Position numbers and translations under genes: made by a program
In this document: piece by piece, positions 1-9,520 of the stretch
Position numbering within the stretch: the stretch's first letter is position 1
How the letters are laid out: each line of letters opens with the position of its first letter
Notes under the pieces: model-generated
Seen by the model: the letters and a program-made list of their open reading frames with translations, nothing else
Databases searched by the model: none
Told to the model about the DNA's origin: nothing
NCBI GenBank assembly: GCA_019057795.1
Contig: JAHLWS010000024.1
Coordinates: 33,497-97,496, forward strand
Reading direction: 5' to 3'
Source of the DNA: Promethearchaeota archaeon
Lineage (GTDB): Archaea; Asgardarchaeota; Lokiarchaeia; Sigyniarchaeales; SOKP01
DNA length: 64,000 nt

Positions 1-677
1 TCACAATCAATTCTCTTTTTCCATTCATCTATTTTTTTTCTCCATTTTTCTTTAAACCTATCTGTAATTTCTGACGATAGCGTAATGAATTTTTCAATAG
101 AATCGGGATATGAACTGATTAATATAACTTCTATAGTTTTAATTAAACCTTCAAATTTTTGTTTGTACAGAGAAATAATAGCATTTCCTAAAAATTCGAA
201 CGAAAATCCTTTCTGCAAGGCTGATGTACTTAATCTACACCAAAACCTGCGAGGAATTGTTCGAATGGAAAACCCTTCTATGCCATTTGAGATAAAACTC
301 AATTGCCTTAACTCATTTATATCCTTCTCTGTGCTGTTTTCAACTCCAATTAAAATCATTATCCCAAAATCTATATTTTTATCCAAACATTTATCAATTT
401 CTGGACCTAATAAAGTTATTTTTCCAGATTCGATTAGTTGGGCCTCTTCAATTGGAAATGTTATTGAGAAGGATTTATTTTTCATCCCACCAAGTTCTAT
501 ACCCGTCTCTTCTTCAAGGATGATTTCTTTAAATTTATTTAATTCAACTTTAATACCAAAATTATCTAAAAAAGCAGTGTGATTCGAGTCTGAACGATAA
601 AATGCCAAGAGCTTTCCGTGCTTTCGTTCCTTTTCTAAGAAATCTTTTATCTTTTCTATAATAATTTTGTTTTGCAT
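1..677 (-). CDS. Stand-alone acetyl-CoA synthase beta (CdhC/AcsB)-like domain protein, runs off window edge
   Basis: Not in ORF track; manual translation from ATG 677: MQNKIIIEKIKDFLEKERKHG...IELGG...GKITLLGPEID...EGFSIRTIPRRFWCRLS...KGFSFEFLG...IEVILIS...KRIDC, resembling the ACS beta middle domain. Confidence 0.65.
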   Translation of the reverse strand, partial: MQNKIIIEKIKDFLEKERKHGKLLAFYRSDSNHTAFLDNFGIKVELNKFKEIILEEETGIELGGMKNKSFSITFPIEEAQLIESGKITLLGPEIDKCLDKNIDFGIMILIGVENSTEKDINELRQLSFISNGIEGFSIRTIPRRFWCRLSTSALQKGFSFEFLGNAIISLYKQKFEGLIKTIEVILISSYPDSIEKFITLSSEITDRFKEKWRKKIDEWKKRIDC

Positions 678-797
678 TAATTATAATAAACCTTCTTTAT
701 TTTTTAATTTACTAATTTCATTCTTATTCAAACTTATTCTATAGATTTAAAGTTAGTAAAATAAAGTAACAAAAAAAAAGATAATGAATTTAAACTA

Positions 798-2042
798 CTA
801 TAGAACTTTTCTAACCAATTCAGCGATATCAAAAGCTTTAATTTCTTCATTTTTGATATTAGACTTAAACTGATTTAAACAGAAAGGACAAGTTGAGACT
901 ATTGCATCGGCAGAAGTAGTTTTTGCTTCCTCAATACGTTCTTTTGCTGCAAACTCAGATAAATCTTTAAATGCTGATCTAACCCCTCCACCAGAACCAC
1001 AACACCAAGCATTTTCTCTATTTCGATTCATTTCCACTAATTTAATACCCGGTATTTTTTTTAAAAGCATTCTTGGTTGTTTATAAATTCCCATATGTCG
1101 TCCGATATGGCAAGGATCGTGGTAAGTCACCATCATATTAAGATCTTTATCAAATTTTATTTCTCCTTTATTAAATTTCTCTAATAAGAATTCTGGTAGA
1201 TGCATTACTTCAATTTCATGCTTAATGCCAAACTTATTTGGATATGTTTCTTTTAACATTCGATAACATCCAGCACAAGAAGTAATAATTTTCTCAATTC
1301 CAGCGTCATTAAAAATCTTCATATTTGTCTCAGCAATGTTTTTAGCTTTATCAGTTTGACCCGTCATGTATACTGGAGAACCACAACAGTGTTCATCTTT
1401 CAGAATTTTAAATTCAATTTTTAGGATATTTAATATCTCCGCTGTTGCAATCGCGACATTTTGCTCTCGATAACTTGAAGTACACCCAACAAAATATGCA
1501 ATTTTTGCGTTGGACGATTGATTCAGATGAGGGGGTAACCAATTCAATCTTTTATTATGTTCTTCCATATAAGGATTATTTTCCATTAGGATATGATCCG
1601 TATATCTAGAATGTTCTGGCATAGGTCCTAAACCTAGTTTAACAGCCTGCTCTCTCATGGCCATTAACCATTCTCCAGCATAATGGTGAATTTCTGGTAT
1701 TTGGCATTGTTGCGTACATGCCAAGCATACTGAACATTGATACAATATTTTAGAAAGATTTGCTGACCATTTAACCTTTCCAGATGATACACCCCAACTA
1801 AGAAGATTCTTCCCTCCAAGATAAAAAGCTTCAAATTTTCCAAACTCTCCTGAAGGACAAACACGAGACCAAAATTCTTCTTGATATGTTGTTCGGCAAG
1901 TACCGCATTTTCCACATTGATATAAAATATCCTTATAATGTTCTAAATCCTTGTATCTATCAAGTTTTTTTTGATTTGCCACCGTTGTAATCAGAGTTAT
2001 ACCTTTTCCTTCTATATACTTAACATTCTTTTCTTTTTCCAT
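798..2042 (-). CDS. CCG-domain Fe-S oxidoreductase (GlcF/HdrD-like)
   Basis: CxxCxxC ferredoxin motifs, VGC, CCG, SCAGC, YHDPCH, CCGSGGG, TCPFC. Confidence 0.9.
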   Translation of the reverse strand: MEKEKNVKYIEGKGITLITTVANQKKLDRYKDLEHYKDILYQCGKCGTCRTTYQEEFWSRVCPSGEFGKFEAFYLGGKNLLSWGVSSGKVKWSANLSKILYQCSVCLACTQQCQIPEIHHYAGEWLMAMREQAVKLGLGPMPEHSRYTDHILMENNPYMEEHNKRLNWLPPHLNQSSNAKIAYFVGCTSSYREQNVAIATAEILNILKIEFKILKDEHCCGSPVYMTGQTDKAKNIAETNMKIFNDAGIEKIITSCAGCYRMLKETYPNKFGIKHEIEVMHLPEFLLEKFNKGEIKFDKDLNMMVTYHDPCHIGRHMGIYKQPRMLLKKIPGIKLVEMNRNRENAWCCGSGGGVRSAFKDLSEFAAKERIEEAKTTSADAIVSTCPFCLNQFKSNIKNEEIKAFDIAELVRKVL

Positions 2043-2052
2043 AATAATTACC

Positions 2053-3519
2053 TCAAATTCCTTGTCCAGGGTTCATTATTTTATTAGGATCAAGTATTTT
2101 TCTAATCTTCTCAATTAATTTTGTTGTTGCTGGTAGGGTTTTATCCTTGTAGTACTGAACTGCCCATAGTGGAGGTTTATACATAACTACGCCATCTAAT
2201 TTTTGTACTGCTTTATGGATCTCTTTAAGAAGAATTCTTGTTTTTTTTATATCTTCAGGGTCATTTTTATTAAAACCTATATTCGTACGAGCAACGCAAT
2301 AATGACCACCCATCATAATTCTACTATAAAATTGGGGGGGTTTATCATATTTTAGACAGATTTCTCTTGATATATTGTAAAACTTTATGATATCTCTTGT
2401 GGAACAATAGGTTCCTATCCATTGTCCACCTCCACCTCTAGTAAAATTCCAACACCCCCAAAATTGAACCGGAGTTTGGCCTCCTGTGGATGGTGTTAAA
2501 TGTCCCATAATTCCTTGAAGATTTTCGGGAAAAGATTCTAATTGTTCTTTAATTGGAAGTGGGTCCATGTCGTATTCTTTACATATATTCATTATCCCCT
2601 CACACTGTGCTTCATGCTGTTTTTCTGTATATGCTTGAGTTGAGATTAGTCCAAAAAAATCTGGCAAACCAAATTCTAAAGGATCTTTAGCAACATGTTC
2701 TTCATCCAATCCCATAAGTGCTTGACACCAGCCTATATTTAGAGCGCATAGATCGATAATACCTAATCCTGCTTTCGAAAGTTTAAGGATCATTGGTATA
2801 CCATCATCTATTCTTGGAGCTATTGGCAAAAAATCAGCTCTATATGGTAATTTTGGCCATAATTTTATTGCTGCTTTAGTAACTATTCCAGTAGTCCCTT
2901 CCCAACCAATAAATAATCCAGCTAAGTCTGGTAATGGTTGCCTACCATACCAATAATTAGAAAGACTACATGAACCAACTCTTATTAATTCCCCAGAACC
3001 CAAGACTACTTCTAAGCCATTAATAAACTCTGCTCCTGTTCCCCCAAGCATACCAAGATCATACATTCCATAGCATAAGCAAGAAGGTATCACTCCCGTT
3101 CCTGGAGGAGACCATGTTATTCCGGCTTTTAAATCTGGGTGATTTCTGTCGAGATATCCTTTTAAATCAGCCCAAGTAATTCCTCCTTCAACTACAGCAT
3201 ACATATCGTCTTCATTTACTTCAAGAACGCGATTTAGTCTTCTTAAGTCAACTACAATCCCACCCTTTCGAGGTGTGGCTATTGAGCCAAAATTAATACC
3301 TGAAACCCATGGTATCACAGGGATTTTATATTTATTGGCAATCTTTACTATTTCTTGGACTTGTTCTGCAGTATCTGGCATTATAGCAATATCACATTTA
3401 CCTTCTGGTTCAGTTGTAATAAAGTCGTAATGATATAAAAATTGTATTTCAGGATCATCCGAAACATATCTTTCTCCTATTTTCTGCTTTAATTCAGAGA
3501 CTACATCGTTGATATTCAT
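2053..3519 (-). CDS. FAD-binding oxidoreductase (VAO/PCMH/GlcD superfamily)
   Basis: GGIVVDLRRLN, GLEVVLGSG, EGTTGIVTK, C-terminal DPNKIMNPG. Confidence 0.9.
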   Translation of the reverse strand: MNINDVVSELKQKIGERYVSDDPEIQFLYHYDFITTEPEGKCDIAIMPDTAEQVQEIVKIANKYKIPVIPWVSGINFGSIATPRKGGIVVDLRRLNRVLEVNEDDMYAVVEGGITWADLKGYLDRNHPDLKAGITWSPPGTGVIPSCLCYGMYDLGMLGGTGAEFINGLEVVLGSGELIRVGSCSLSNYWYGRQPLPDLAGLFIGWEGTTGIVTKAAIKLWPKLPYRADFLPIAPRIDDGIPMILKLSKAGLGIIDLCALNIGWCQALMGLDEEHVAKDPLEFGLPDFFGLISTQAYTEKQHEAQCEGIMNICKEYDMDPLPIKEQLESFPENLQGIMGHLTPSTGGQTPVQFWGCWNFTRGGGGQWIGTYCSTRDIIKFYNISREICLKYDKPPQFYSRIMMGGHYCVARTNIGFNKNDPEDIKKTRILLKEIHKAVQKLDGVVMYKPPLWAVQYYKDKTLPATTKLIEKIRKILDPNKIMNPGQGI

Positions 3520-3637
3520 TTTTTATTCACTTTTTTGAATTTTTTAATTAAAATTTTTACATAAAAATAATTATGTTATTGATATTAATTAATTATATTT
3601 ACTTTTATATGTTAAAATAATATTTAGGAAGATAAAG

Positions 3638-4060
3638 ATGATTTCGATTCAAAAAGGAGAAGATTTGACTACGATCACTTTGCAAAATATTTTAAGTTAT
3701 AGGAAAGACGATGAGGATTTCATAAATCTAGTATTAAACTGGAACAAAAAAGTCTTAATTGAGGTTGATGGTTTTTACCCAGTAGAAGTTATATTTGACC
3801 GCAACAAAATAAAATTTAAAACAAAGGATTTTGATAAAAAGATAAATCTGAAAGTGAAAATGGACATATATACGTTTTTAGATTTGGCCTTTGGTAGATT
3901 AAATCCTGTAAAAGCATTCCTTAAAGGGAAGCTTAAAATTAAAGGATTGTTAAAAATTGGAACTGTGTTAAAATTCATGAAAATCTTTTTAGAAACGATG
4001 AAAATGGTTGCTTCAGAGCCCAATAATAATTATTTTGAATTAAATAAGGAAACAAGATAA
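3638..4060 (+). CDS. SCP2 sterol/lipid-binding domain protein
   Basis: TFLDLAFGRLNPVKAFLKGKLKIKG signature. Confidence 0.85.
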   Translation: MISIQKGEDLTTITLQNILSYRKDDEDFINLVLNWNKKVLIEVDGFYPVEVIFDRNKIKFKTKDFDKKINLKVKMDIYTFLDLAFGRLNPVKAFLKGKLKIKGLLKIGTVLKFMKIFLETMKMVASEPNNNYFELNKETR

Positions 4061-4078
4061 TGAGGTGAAAACAAATAC

Positions 4079-4186
4079 ATGACCGAAACAAAAGAAATAA
4101 ATGTGTATGAGAAGATAAGTAAAGTTTATCCAATTGTTCCTTACAGAAAAATTACTTTTAAAAATTCTGTTAATTTATTCAAATAA
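4079..4186 (+). pseudogene. Deletion remnant of the 5292..6773 FAD oxidoreductase (35-aa ORF)
   Basis: 4079-4124 matches 5292-5337 at 45/46 nt; 4129-4145 matches 5522-5538 at 16/17 nt; MTETKEINVYEKISKVYPIVPY...; upstream GAGGTGA. Confidence 0.85.
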
Positions 4187-4200
4187 AAGTGAAACATTAA

Positions 4201-5232
4201 ATGATTGAAACAAATATAACAAAAATGTTCGGGATAAAACACCCGATTTTTAGTGCTCCAATGGGTCCTTTTTTTACCCGCGATTTAGCTCTGGCTGTCA
4301 GTGAAGCTGGTGGATTAGGAGTATTATCTAACGTTAATATCACTGGTACAGATCCTGTTGCAGAACATAAGGCAAGCATAGAGTATATGATTGAACATAC
4401 TGATAAACCGTTCGGTCTCAATATTCTTACATCTCGGAATAATCCGGGAGTCAGACAAATGGTCAGATCATTACCGAAAATTGTCATGAGTAATGTAAGA
4501 ATGAGAGATCAATGTAAGTATTGGTTGACCTCTGCAGGTTCTTCAAAAATTCTCGCAGGAGCGAAATATTTTAAAGAATTAAGAGAGAATTCAGAAGTTA
4601 AGCACTTTCACGTAGCCCCAGCTGTATGGTTGGCTCAAAAGTGTGTGGATTCAGGAGTAGATGGAATAGTGGTGACTGGAACTGAAGGTGGAGGGCACCA
4701 ATCATATGAGAGAGTCAGTACTCTTGTTCTGCTTCAACAGATTAATAATAAATTTCCTGATTTACCAAAGATTGCTTGTGGGGGTTTTGCTACTGGAGAA
4801 GCTTTAGCCGCTGGTCTTTCACTAGGTGCAGGAGCAGTAGCAATGGGTTCAAGATTTATTGCTTCTAAACAGAGTGAATTTCATGAGAAATATAAAGCAT
4901 TAATTCCCCCTGGAAAACCACAGGATACCGGACTTTATACAGGATCCTTCGGTCCTATTCGCTTATACAAAAACGAGTATGCATTATCGCATCCAGCGCC
5001 TAGCAGCAAAGAAGAAATGATCGCTTACGAAAATTCAATATCTCCAGAACAAAGAGCAAAAGATTTAGGTGCTTATGATAGAGTATATAACGGTGATATT
5101 GACACGGGAGCGGTTCTACTTGGTCAATCAATAGGTATTATCGATAGTATAGACGATGTCAATGACATTATTGAGAGAATAATGAATCAAGCTGAAAATA
5201 TAATTAGAAGGAATAATTCCATGCTGAGATAA
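4201..5232 (+). CDS. Nitronate monooxygenase / FabK-like FMN oxidoreductase
   Basis: HPIFSAPMG, AVSEAGGLG, GTEGGGH, ACGG, GAVAMGSRF. Confidence 0.88.
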   Translation: MIETNITKMFGIKHPIFSAPMGPFFTRDLALAVSEAGGLGVLSNVNITGTDPVAEHKASIEYMIEHTDKPFGLNILTSRNNPGVRQMVRSLPKIVMSNVRMRDQCKYWLTSAGSSKILAGAKYFKELRENSEVKHFHVAPAVWLAQKCVDSGVDGIVVTGTEGGGHQSYERVSTLVLLQQINNKFPDLPKIACGGFATGEALAAGLSLGAGAVAMGSRFIASKQSEFHEKYKALIPPGKPQDTGLYTGSFGPIRLYKNEYALSHPAPSSKEEMIAYENSISPEQRAKDLGAYDRVYNGDIDTGAVLLGQSIGIIDSIDDVNDIIERIMNQAENIIRRNNSMLR

Positions 5233-5291
5233 GACCGAAGCCCAATGTGAATTATATAAAATAAATAAGAATACAAGGTGATATAACTTTA

Positions 5292-6773
5292 ATGACCGAA
5301 ACAAAAGAAAGAAATGTGTATGAGAAGATAAGTAAAGAGGATGTGCTTAAAAAGCTAGTCGAAATATTTGGAGAAAAATATGTAACCAATAAGTCTGGAG
5401 ATTTATACCCCTATTCGTACGATATGACCGAATGTGAGCCTCACATGCCTGATTTCATAGTTATTCCTGAAAATACTTCGCAATTAATCGAACTTGTTAA
5501 GTTTTGTAATTCTAATTTAATTCCCATTGTTCCTTACATATCTGGAAATAATGTAGGGGGTTTAACGATTCCGGAAAACGGTGGGATTCTCGTTGATTTT
5601 GGTAAAAAGATGAATAAAATTCTGCATGTTGATGACAATATGATGTACGCTCTCCTAGAACCTGGAGTTACTTTTGGTCAATTGAAAAAACACTTAGACG
5701 AAAATTACCCACACTTAAGATATAGTTATCCTTATGCACCTCCATACGCAGGGGTTGTTGGAAACGTGATATTGAGTGGTATGAATAATCTCTCGTGTAA
5801 AATTGGATCAATGGGCGATTCAATTAACGGTTTAGAGGTAATTACTGCTGACGGCGAAATCGCTAGGATTGGCTCGTGTTTTTATGGAAAGGATGAAGCA
5901 GCCCCCGATAGTTGGTGGTGTAGATACCCTATGCCTGATTTAATGGGAATCTTTATCAACTGGCAAGGTATGACAGGTTTAGTAACCAAATGTGCCGTTC
6001 AACTATGGCCTAATCCATCCATCAAACAAACCTATATCGCCATTGCTTTTGAACTTACAGATGTAGCTTCAGTAATGAGGGAAGTCGGGAGAACAGATGT
6101 CATCGACGGTATTTCAGCAGTTAGCATCGAAGTAGTAAAGATGGCTATAGAAATTCCTGAGCCTAAAAAATTTCCAGGTGAACCCTACTTTGCAGTGATG
6201 TTTTCAATCTCGGCAAAAACAAAAAATCAATTCAATGCTAGATTGGAAATTTTATCCAATGTAATCGAGAATTTAAATAAACAAGGGAAAAAAGTAATTT
6301 TAGTTAATGCTGACGAGTACGTCAAATTATTTAACTTAAGACTTAGGTGTTACCTCGATTTACCGTCCGTAGTACTTCCACTAGTAGAGTATTCAGGATT
6401 AACTTGGTTTGGGTCGTATGCTCCAAGTCACAAGCTCGAAGAACTAATCGAAAATGTGTATAAATTATTTAATAAACACAATATCACTCCATTTATTTAC
6501 ATGAAAATGATGAAATCAAGTCATTACGCGATATTTCGTCCTATTATGCGATATAACAAGTTTAAAGAAGGCGAAGAAGAAAGATACCACAAGCTATTAG
6601 AAGAAATAACTGATGTTTCAGTCGATTTAGGCTGTATACCATACAAAACCCCTGCTTGGATGACGGAAAAAATGCGCAAGAAGATTAACCCAGGATGGAT
6701 TAACCTCTTTGAAAAAATAAAGAAATGTATGGACCCAAACAATATATTTAACCCAGGAAGGTGGAATACATAA
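5292..6773 (+). CDS. FAD-binding oxidoreductase (VAO/PCMH/GlcD superfamily)
   Basis: Paralogue of 2053..3519; GLEVITADG, QGMTGLVTK, DPNNIFNPG. Confidence 0.9.
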   Translation: MTETKERNVYEKISKEDVLKKLVEIFGEKYVTNKSGDLYPYSYDMTECEPHMPDFIVIPENTSQLIELVKFCNSNLIPIVPYISGNNVGGLTIPENGGILVDFGKKMNKILHVDDNMMYALLEPGVTFGQLKKHLDENYPHLRYSYPYAPPYAGVVGNVILSGMNNLSCKIGSMGDSINGLEVITADGEIARIGSCFYGKDEAAPDSWWCRYPMPDLMGIFINWQGMTGLVTKCAVQLWPNPSIKQTYIAIAFELTDVASVMREVGRTDVIDGISAVSIEVVKMAIEIPEPKKFPGEPYFAVMFSISAKTKNQFNARLEILSNVIENLNKQGKKVILVNADEYVKLFNLRLRCYLDLPSVVLPLVEYSGLTWFGSYAPSHKLEELIENVYKLFNKHNITPFIYMKMMKSSHYAIFRPIMRYNKFKEGEEERYHKLLEEITDVSVDLGCIPYKTPAWMTEKMRKKINPGWINLFEKIKKCMDPNNIFNPGRWNT

Positions 6774-7952
6774 ATGATAGAAATTGATAAAAGTCTCGTA
6801 GGAAAAGATGTTTTGGAATTAGCATTTGATAACTGTATCCGTTGTTCTACATGTAAATATTCTTATAAGGGTTTCGAACCTTCGTGTCCTTCAGGAGAAA
6901 AGTTTTTATTCGAATCGTATTGGGCATCTGGGAAAATAAGAATAATAAGAGGTGTCGTAACTGGCGAATTAGAATGGTCTGAGGATTTAAAAGATGCTAT
7001 TTTTGCTTGTCCAACTTGTGGAGCTTGTATGGACGCTTGTCAAGCGCCTCACGCCGATTATATCGTAGATATGATAGAAGCCCTAAGAGAATTAGCTGTA
7101 AAACATATCGGACCAGCTACAAACCAAGAGTTTCTGGTTTCTCGTTGCGAAGAGAATTGTAATCCTTATGGAGAGTCTAACTCTGATAATGAAGCGTTGA
7201 AAAAACAATTTGACTTACCAGATAAAGCAGATTGGGTTTACTATATTGGTTGTACTTCTAATTACCGCCAACAAAGTTTAAGGGATTCAACTTTAAGATT
7301 CTTAAAAAAAAGCGGTATAAATTTCACTTTAATAGATGAGCATTGTTGTACGAGTCCTATGATTCGAACTGGTCAACTTAGCATTGTTAAGGATTATATG
7401 AGCTATAATATCGCTCAAATTAAAAATATTGGGGCTACTAAAGTTATTACCTCATGTGCGGGTTGTTATAGAACATTTAAAAAAGATTTCGAAAAATTTG
7501 GCGAAGAATACGATTTTGAAGTGTTCCACACTTTAGAATTAGTAAAACAACTATTAGACGACGATAAATTAAAGTTTAAATCGAAGTATAATAAAACAGT
7601 GACTTATCACGACCCTTGTCATCTTGGAAGGCATATGGGCGTTTATGAACTTCCTAGAGCGATTTACAAGCAAATCCCGGGGTTAAAGCTAGTAGAAATG
7701 AAAAGAAATAGGAATTTTGCTTGGTGTTGCGGAGCTGGAGGTGGCGTAAAAATTGGATACCCTGAATGGTCTGTAGAAATATCAAAAGAACACCTTGAAG
7801 AGGCTAAGGAGACCGAAGCAACGGTAATATCGTCAGTATGCCCTTTTTGTAGGACGAACTTAAGCGATGCAAATGATAATTATAACTTTGAATTTGAAGT
7901 ACTTGACCTAATGGAAATCATAGATCAATTAGATATTAAAATTGAGAAATAA
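6774..7952 (+). CDS. CCG-domain Fe-S oxidoreductase (GlcF/HdrD-like)
   Basis: CIRCSTC, CPTCGACMDAC, YHDPCHLGR, CCGAGGG, CPFC; abuts upstream gene. Confidence 0.9.
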   Translation: MIEIDKSLVGKDVLELAFDNCIRCSTCKYSYKGFEPSCPSGEKFLFESYWASGKIRIIRGVVTGELEWSEDLKDAIFACPTCGACMDACQAPHADYIVDMIEALRELAVKHIGPATNQEFLVSRCEENCNPYGESNSDNEALKKQFDLPDKADWVYYIGCTSNYRQQSLRDSTLRFLKKSGINFTLIDEHCCTSPMIRTGQLSIVKDYMSYNIAQIKNIGATKVITSCAGCYRTFKKDFEKFGEEYDFEVFHTLELVKQLLDDDKLKFKSKYNKTVTYHDPCHLGRHMGVYELPRAIYKQIPGLKLVEMKRNRNFAWCCGAGGGVKIGYPEWSVEISKEHLEEAKETEATVISSVCPFCRTNLSDANDNYNFEFEVLDLMEIIDQLDIKIEK

Positions 7953-8137
7953 AAATAAATTGAATCGTCAATTTTCTTTAATTCTTTTTTAAACCACTCT
8001 TTAGCTGTCACCTTAATACCTTAAAATGAAAGATCTCACTCATTTTAAAACATTAGAAAATTATAATTATATACAAATTTATTATTATTATGTTAATCGT
8101 AGAATAAATTATAATATTTTTAAGAGGTTAAATTTAA

Positions 8138-8467
8138 ATGAAAGATATTGATCAGATGGAAGAAATGATCATGGCATTAACTCCAGCAGAACGAGCGCAA
8201 CTATTACAAAAAATTGTGCAACATTTAGGTGAAAATTTTCCTAATATTGAAAGTGATCCAACCATATGTGGTGGTGAACCAAGAATTGTAAGAACAAGAA
8301 TACCAATATGGCTTTTAGTACAGGCGCGGCGATTAGGAACAACTGAAGCGGACATCTTAAAAAGCTATCCTTCATTACGAGCCGAAGATATAGTAAGTGC
8401 TTGGGCATATTATCGAAGCCATAAAGAAGAAATTGAACAACAGATCAGAGAAAATGAGGAAGCATAA
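8138..8467 (+). CDS. DUF433-family antitoxin
   Basis: DPTICGGEPRIVRTRIP...ILKSYPSL...EEIE. Confidence 0.88.
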   Translation: MKDIDQMEEMIMALTPAERAQLLQKIVQHLGENFPNIESDPTICGGEPRIVRTRIPIWLLVQARRLGTTEADILKSYPSLRAEDIVSAWAYYRSHKEEIEQQIRENEEA

Positions 8468-8470
8468 AAT

Positions 8471-8812
8471 ATGATTCGTTTTTATGCAAATGAAAATTTT
8501 CCCCTTCCAGTCGTACAACATCTCAGAAAATTTGGATATGAATTTATAACTCTTCAAGAAACAGGTCTTGCAGGAAAGGCAATATCAGATGAAGAGGTTT
8601 TAAAATATTCAATAAAACAGAAGTGCGTCCTAATAACTTTCAATAGAAAACATTTCATTCATTTGCATAAAGAAAATCCCGACCATCATGGCATTATTGT
8701 TTGCACATTTGATCCCGATTTTAAGGATCTCGCAAATCATATTCATCAAGCTATCGCTAAAGAAGATAATTTATTTAAAAAATTAATTAGAATTAATCGC
8801 CCAATGAGATAA
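8471..8812 (+). CDS. DUF5615 / Mut7-C-like PIN toxin
   Basis: FYANENFP, SDEEVL, LITFNRKHF, HHGII; paired with DUF433. Confidence 0.85.
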   Translation: MIRFYANENFPLPVVQHLRKFGYEFITLQETGLAGKAISDEEVLKYSIKQKCVLITFNRKHFIHLHKENPDHHGIIVCTFDPDFKDLANHIHQAIAKEDNLFKKLIRINRPMR

Positions 8813-8880
8813 AACTAGGAAGGAATAAATATTACTTACTGATTGTTAGATTATTTTTAATAAATTTCCTATGACTTTTA

Positions 8881-8903
8881 ATGGAGGTTTGATTCCTTTT
8901 TTC
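8881..8903 (+). repeat. 23-bp direct repeat copy A (partner 12092-12114), T-arm-like hairpin + T run
   Basis: atggaggtttgattccttttttc vs atgggggttcgaatccttttttc, 20/23 identical. Confidence 0.5.
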
Positions 8904-8956
8904 TCAAAAAAAGTTGGATAATTACATCCCAAGCAGATAAGGGCTATTCTAAAGGT

Positions 8957-9022
8957 CTAGTAACATATAATTATTGATTCATAATCGACAGTCGCTATAG
9001 GGGACCATCTTATTTCAACCAT
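8957..9022 (-). pseudogene. Truncated RelE/ParE toxin (N-terminal 21 aa)
   Basis: MVEIRWSPIATVDYESII... resembles MVDIRWSIGALEDIESIS of 58341..58625, with the same 13-nt overlap with its antitoxin. Confidence 0.8.
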
Positions 9023-9204
9023 TCTTTAAACCTTTCTTTTACATCATCATGGGATATAAATTCTCCCTTATCCAACTGCTCAATACCTTTTGTAATCATT
9101 TGCTGAACATAAATTGATTCCATGATATCATCGTAATTAGCATCATTTGGAAGCTTTTTAATTGATTCAATTACCTTTTCTTTTATTGTTTGCATATTCT
9201 TCAA
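9010..9204 (-). CDS. Addiction-module antitoxin (orphaned)
   Basis: Paralogue of 58159..58353 (LPxD...G..I/LS/THD/EE.KER.K.WL). Confidence 0.82.
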   Translation of the reverse strand: MKNMQTIKEKVIESIKKLPNDANYDDIMESIYVQQMITKGIEQLDKGEFISHDDVKERFKEWLK

Positions 9205-9520
9205 TATTTATAATGTATTTATAATTTAAATTATTAATCTTAGGATTGATTAAATCTTAAAATAATTAAATAAATCAATTAAAAGTGAGTGAAAATGCTT
9301 AATATCTGCCCTATTTGGGTAGAATACTAAAAAATTTAAGAAAAAGGATCATTCTAACTAAGAAAATTTTAATTTTCCATTTAGGGAATATTCATGCAGA
9401 TTAATCCTTACAAGTAGTATTTTATAAACTTCCTATGTAATAATTGCATATACATTTAAATTGAGTGAAATTCTAATATACTTTAACACTTGATATGACA
9501 ACATTTAGCGTGAGAAAAGG

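Noticed and set aside
85-582. Plus-strand 165-aa ORF
   Set aside because: Antisense shadow of the minus-strand ACS-like gene; the other short ORFs nested within long genes were rejected for the same reason
8021-8048. ttaaaatga...tcattttaa inverted repeat as a mobile-element end
   Set aside because: AT-rich single instance with no matching copy at other TA flanks; may be an operator or chance
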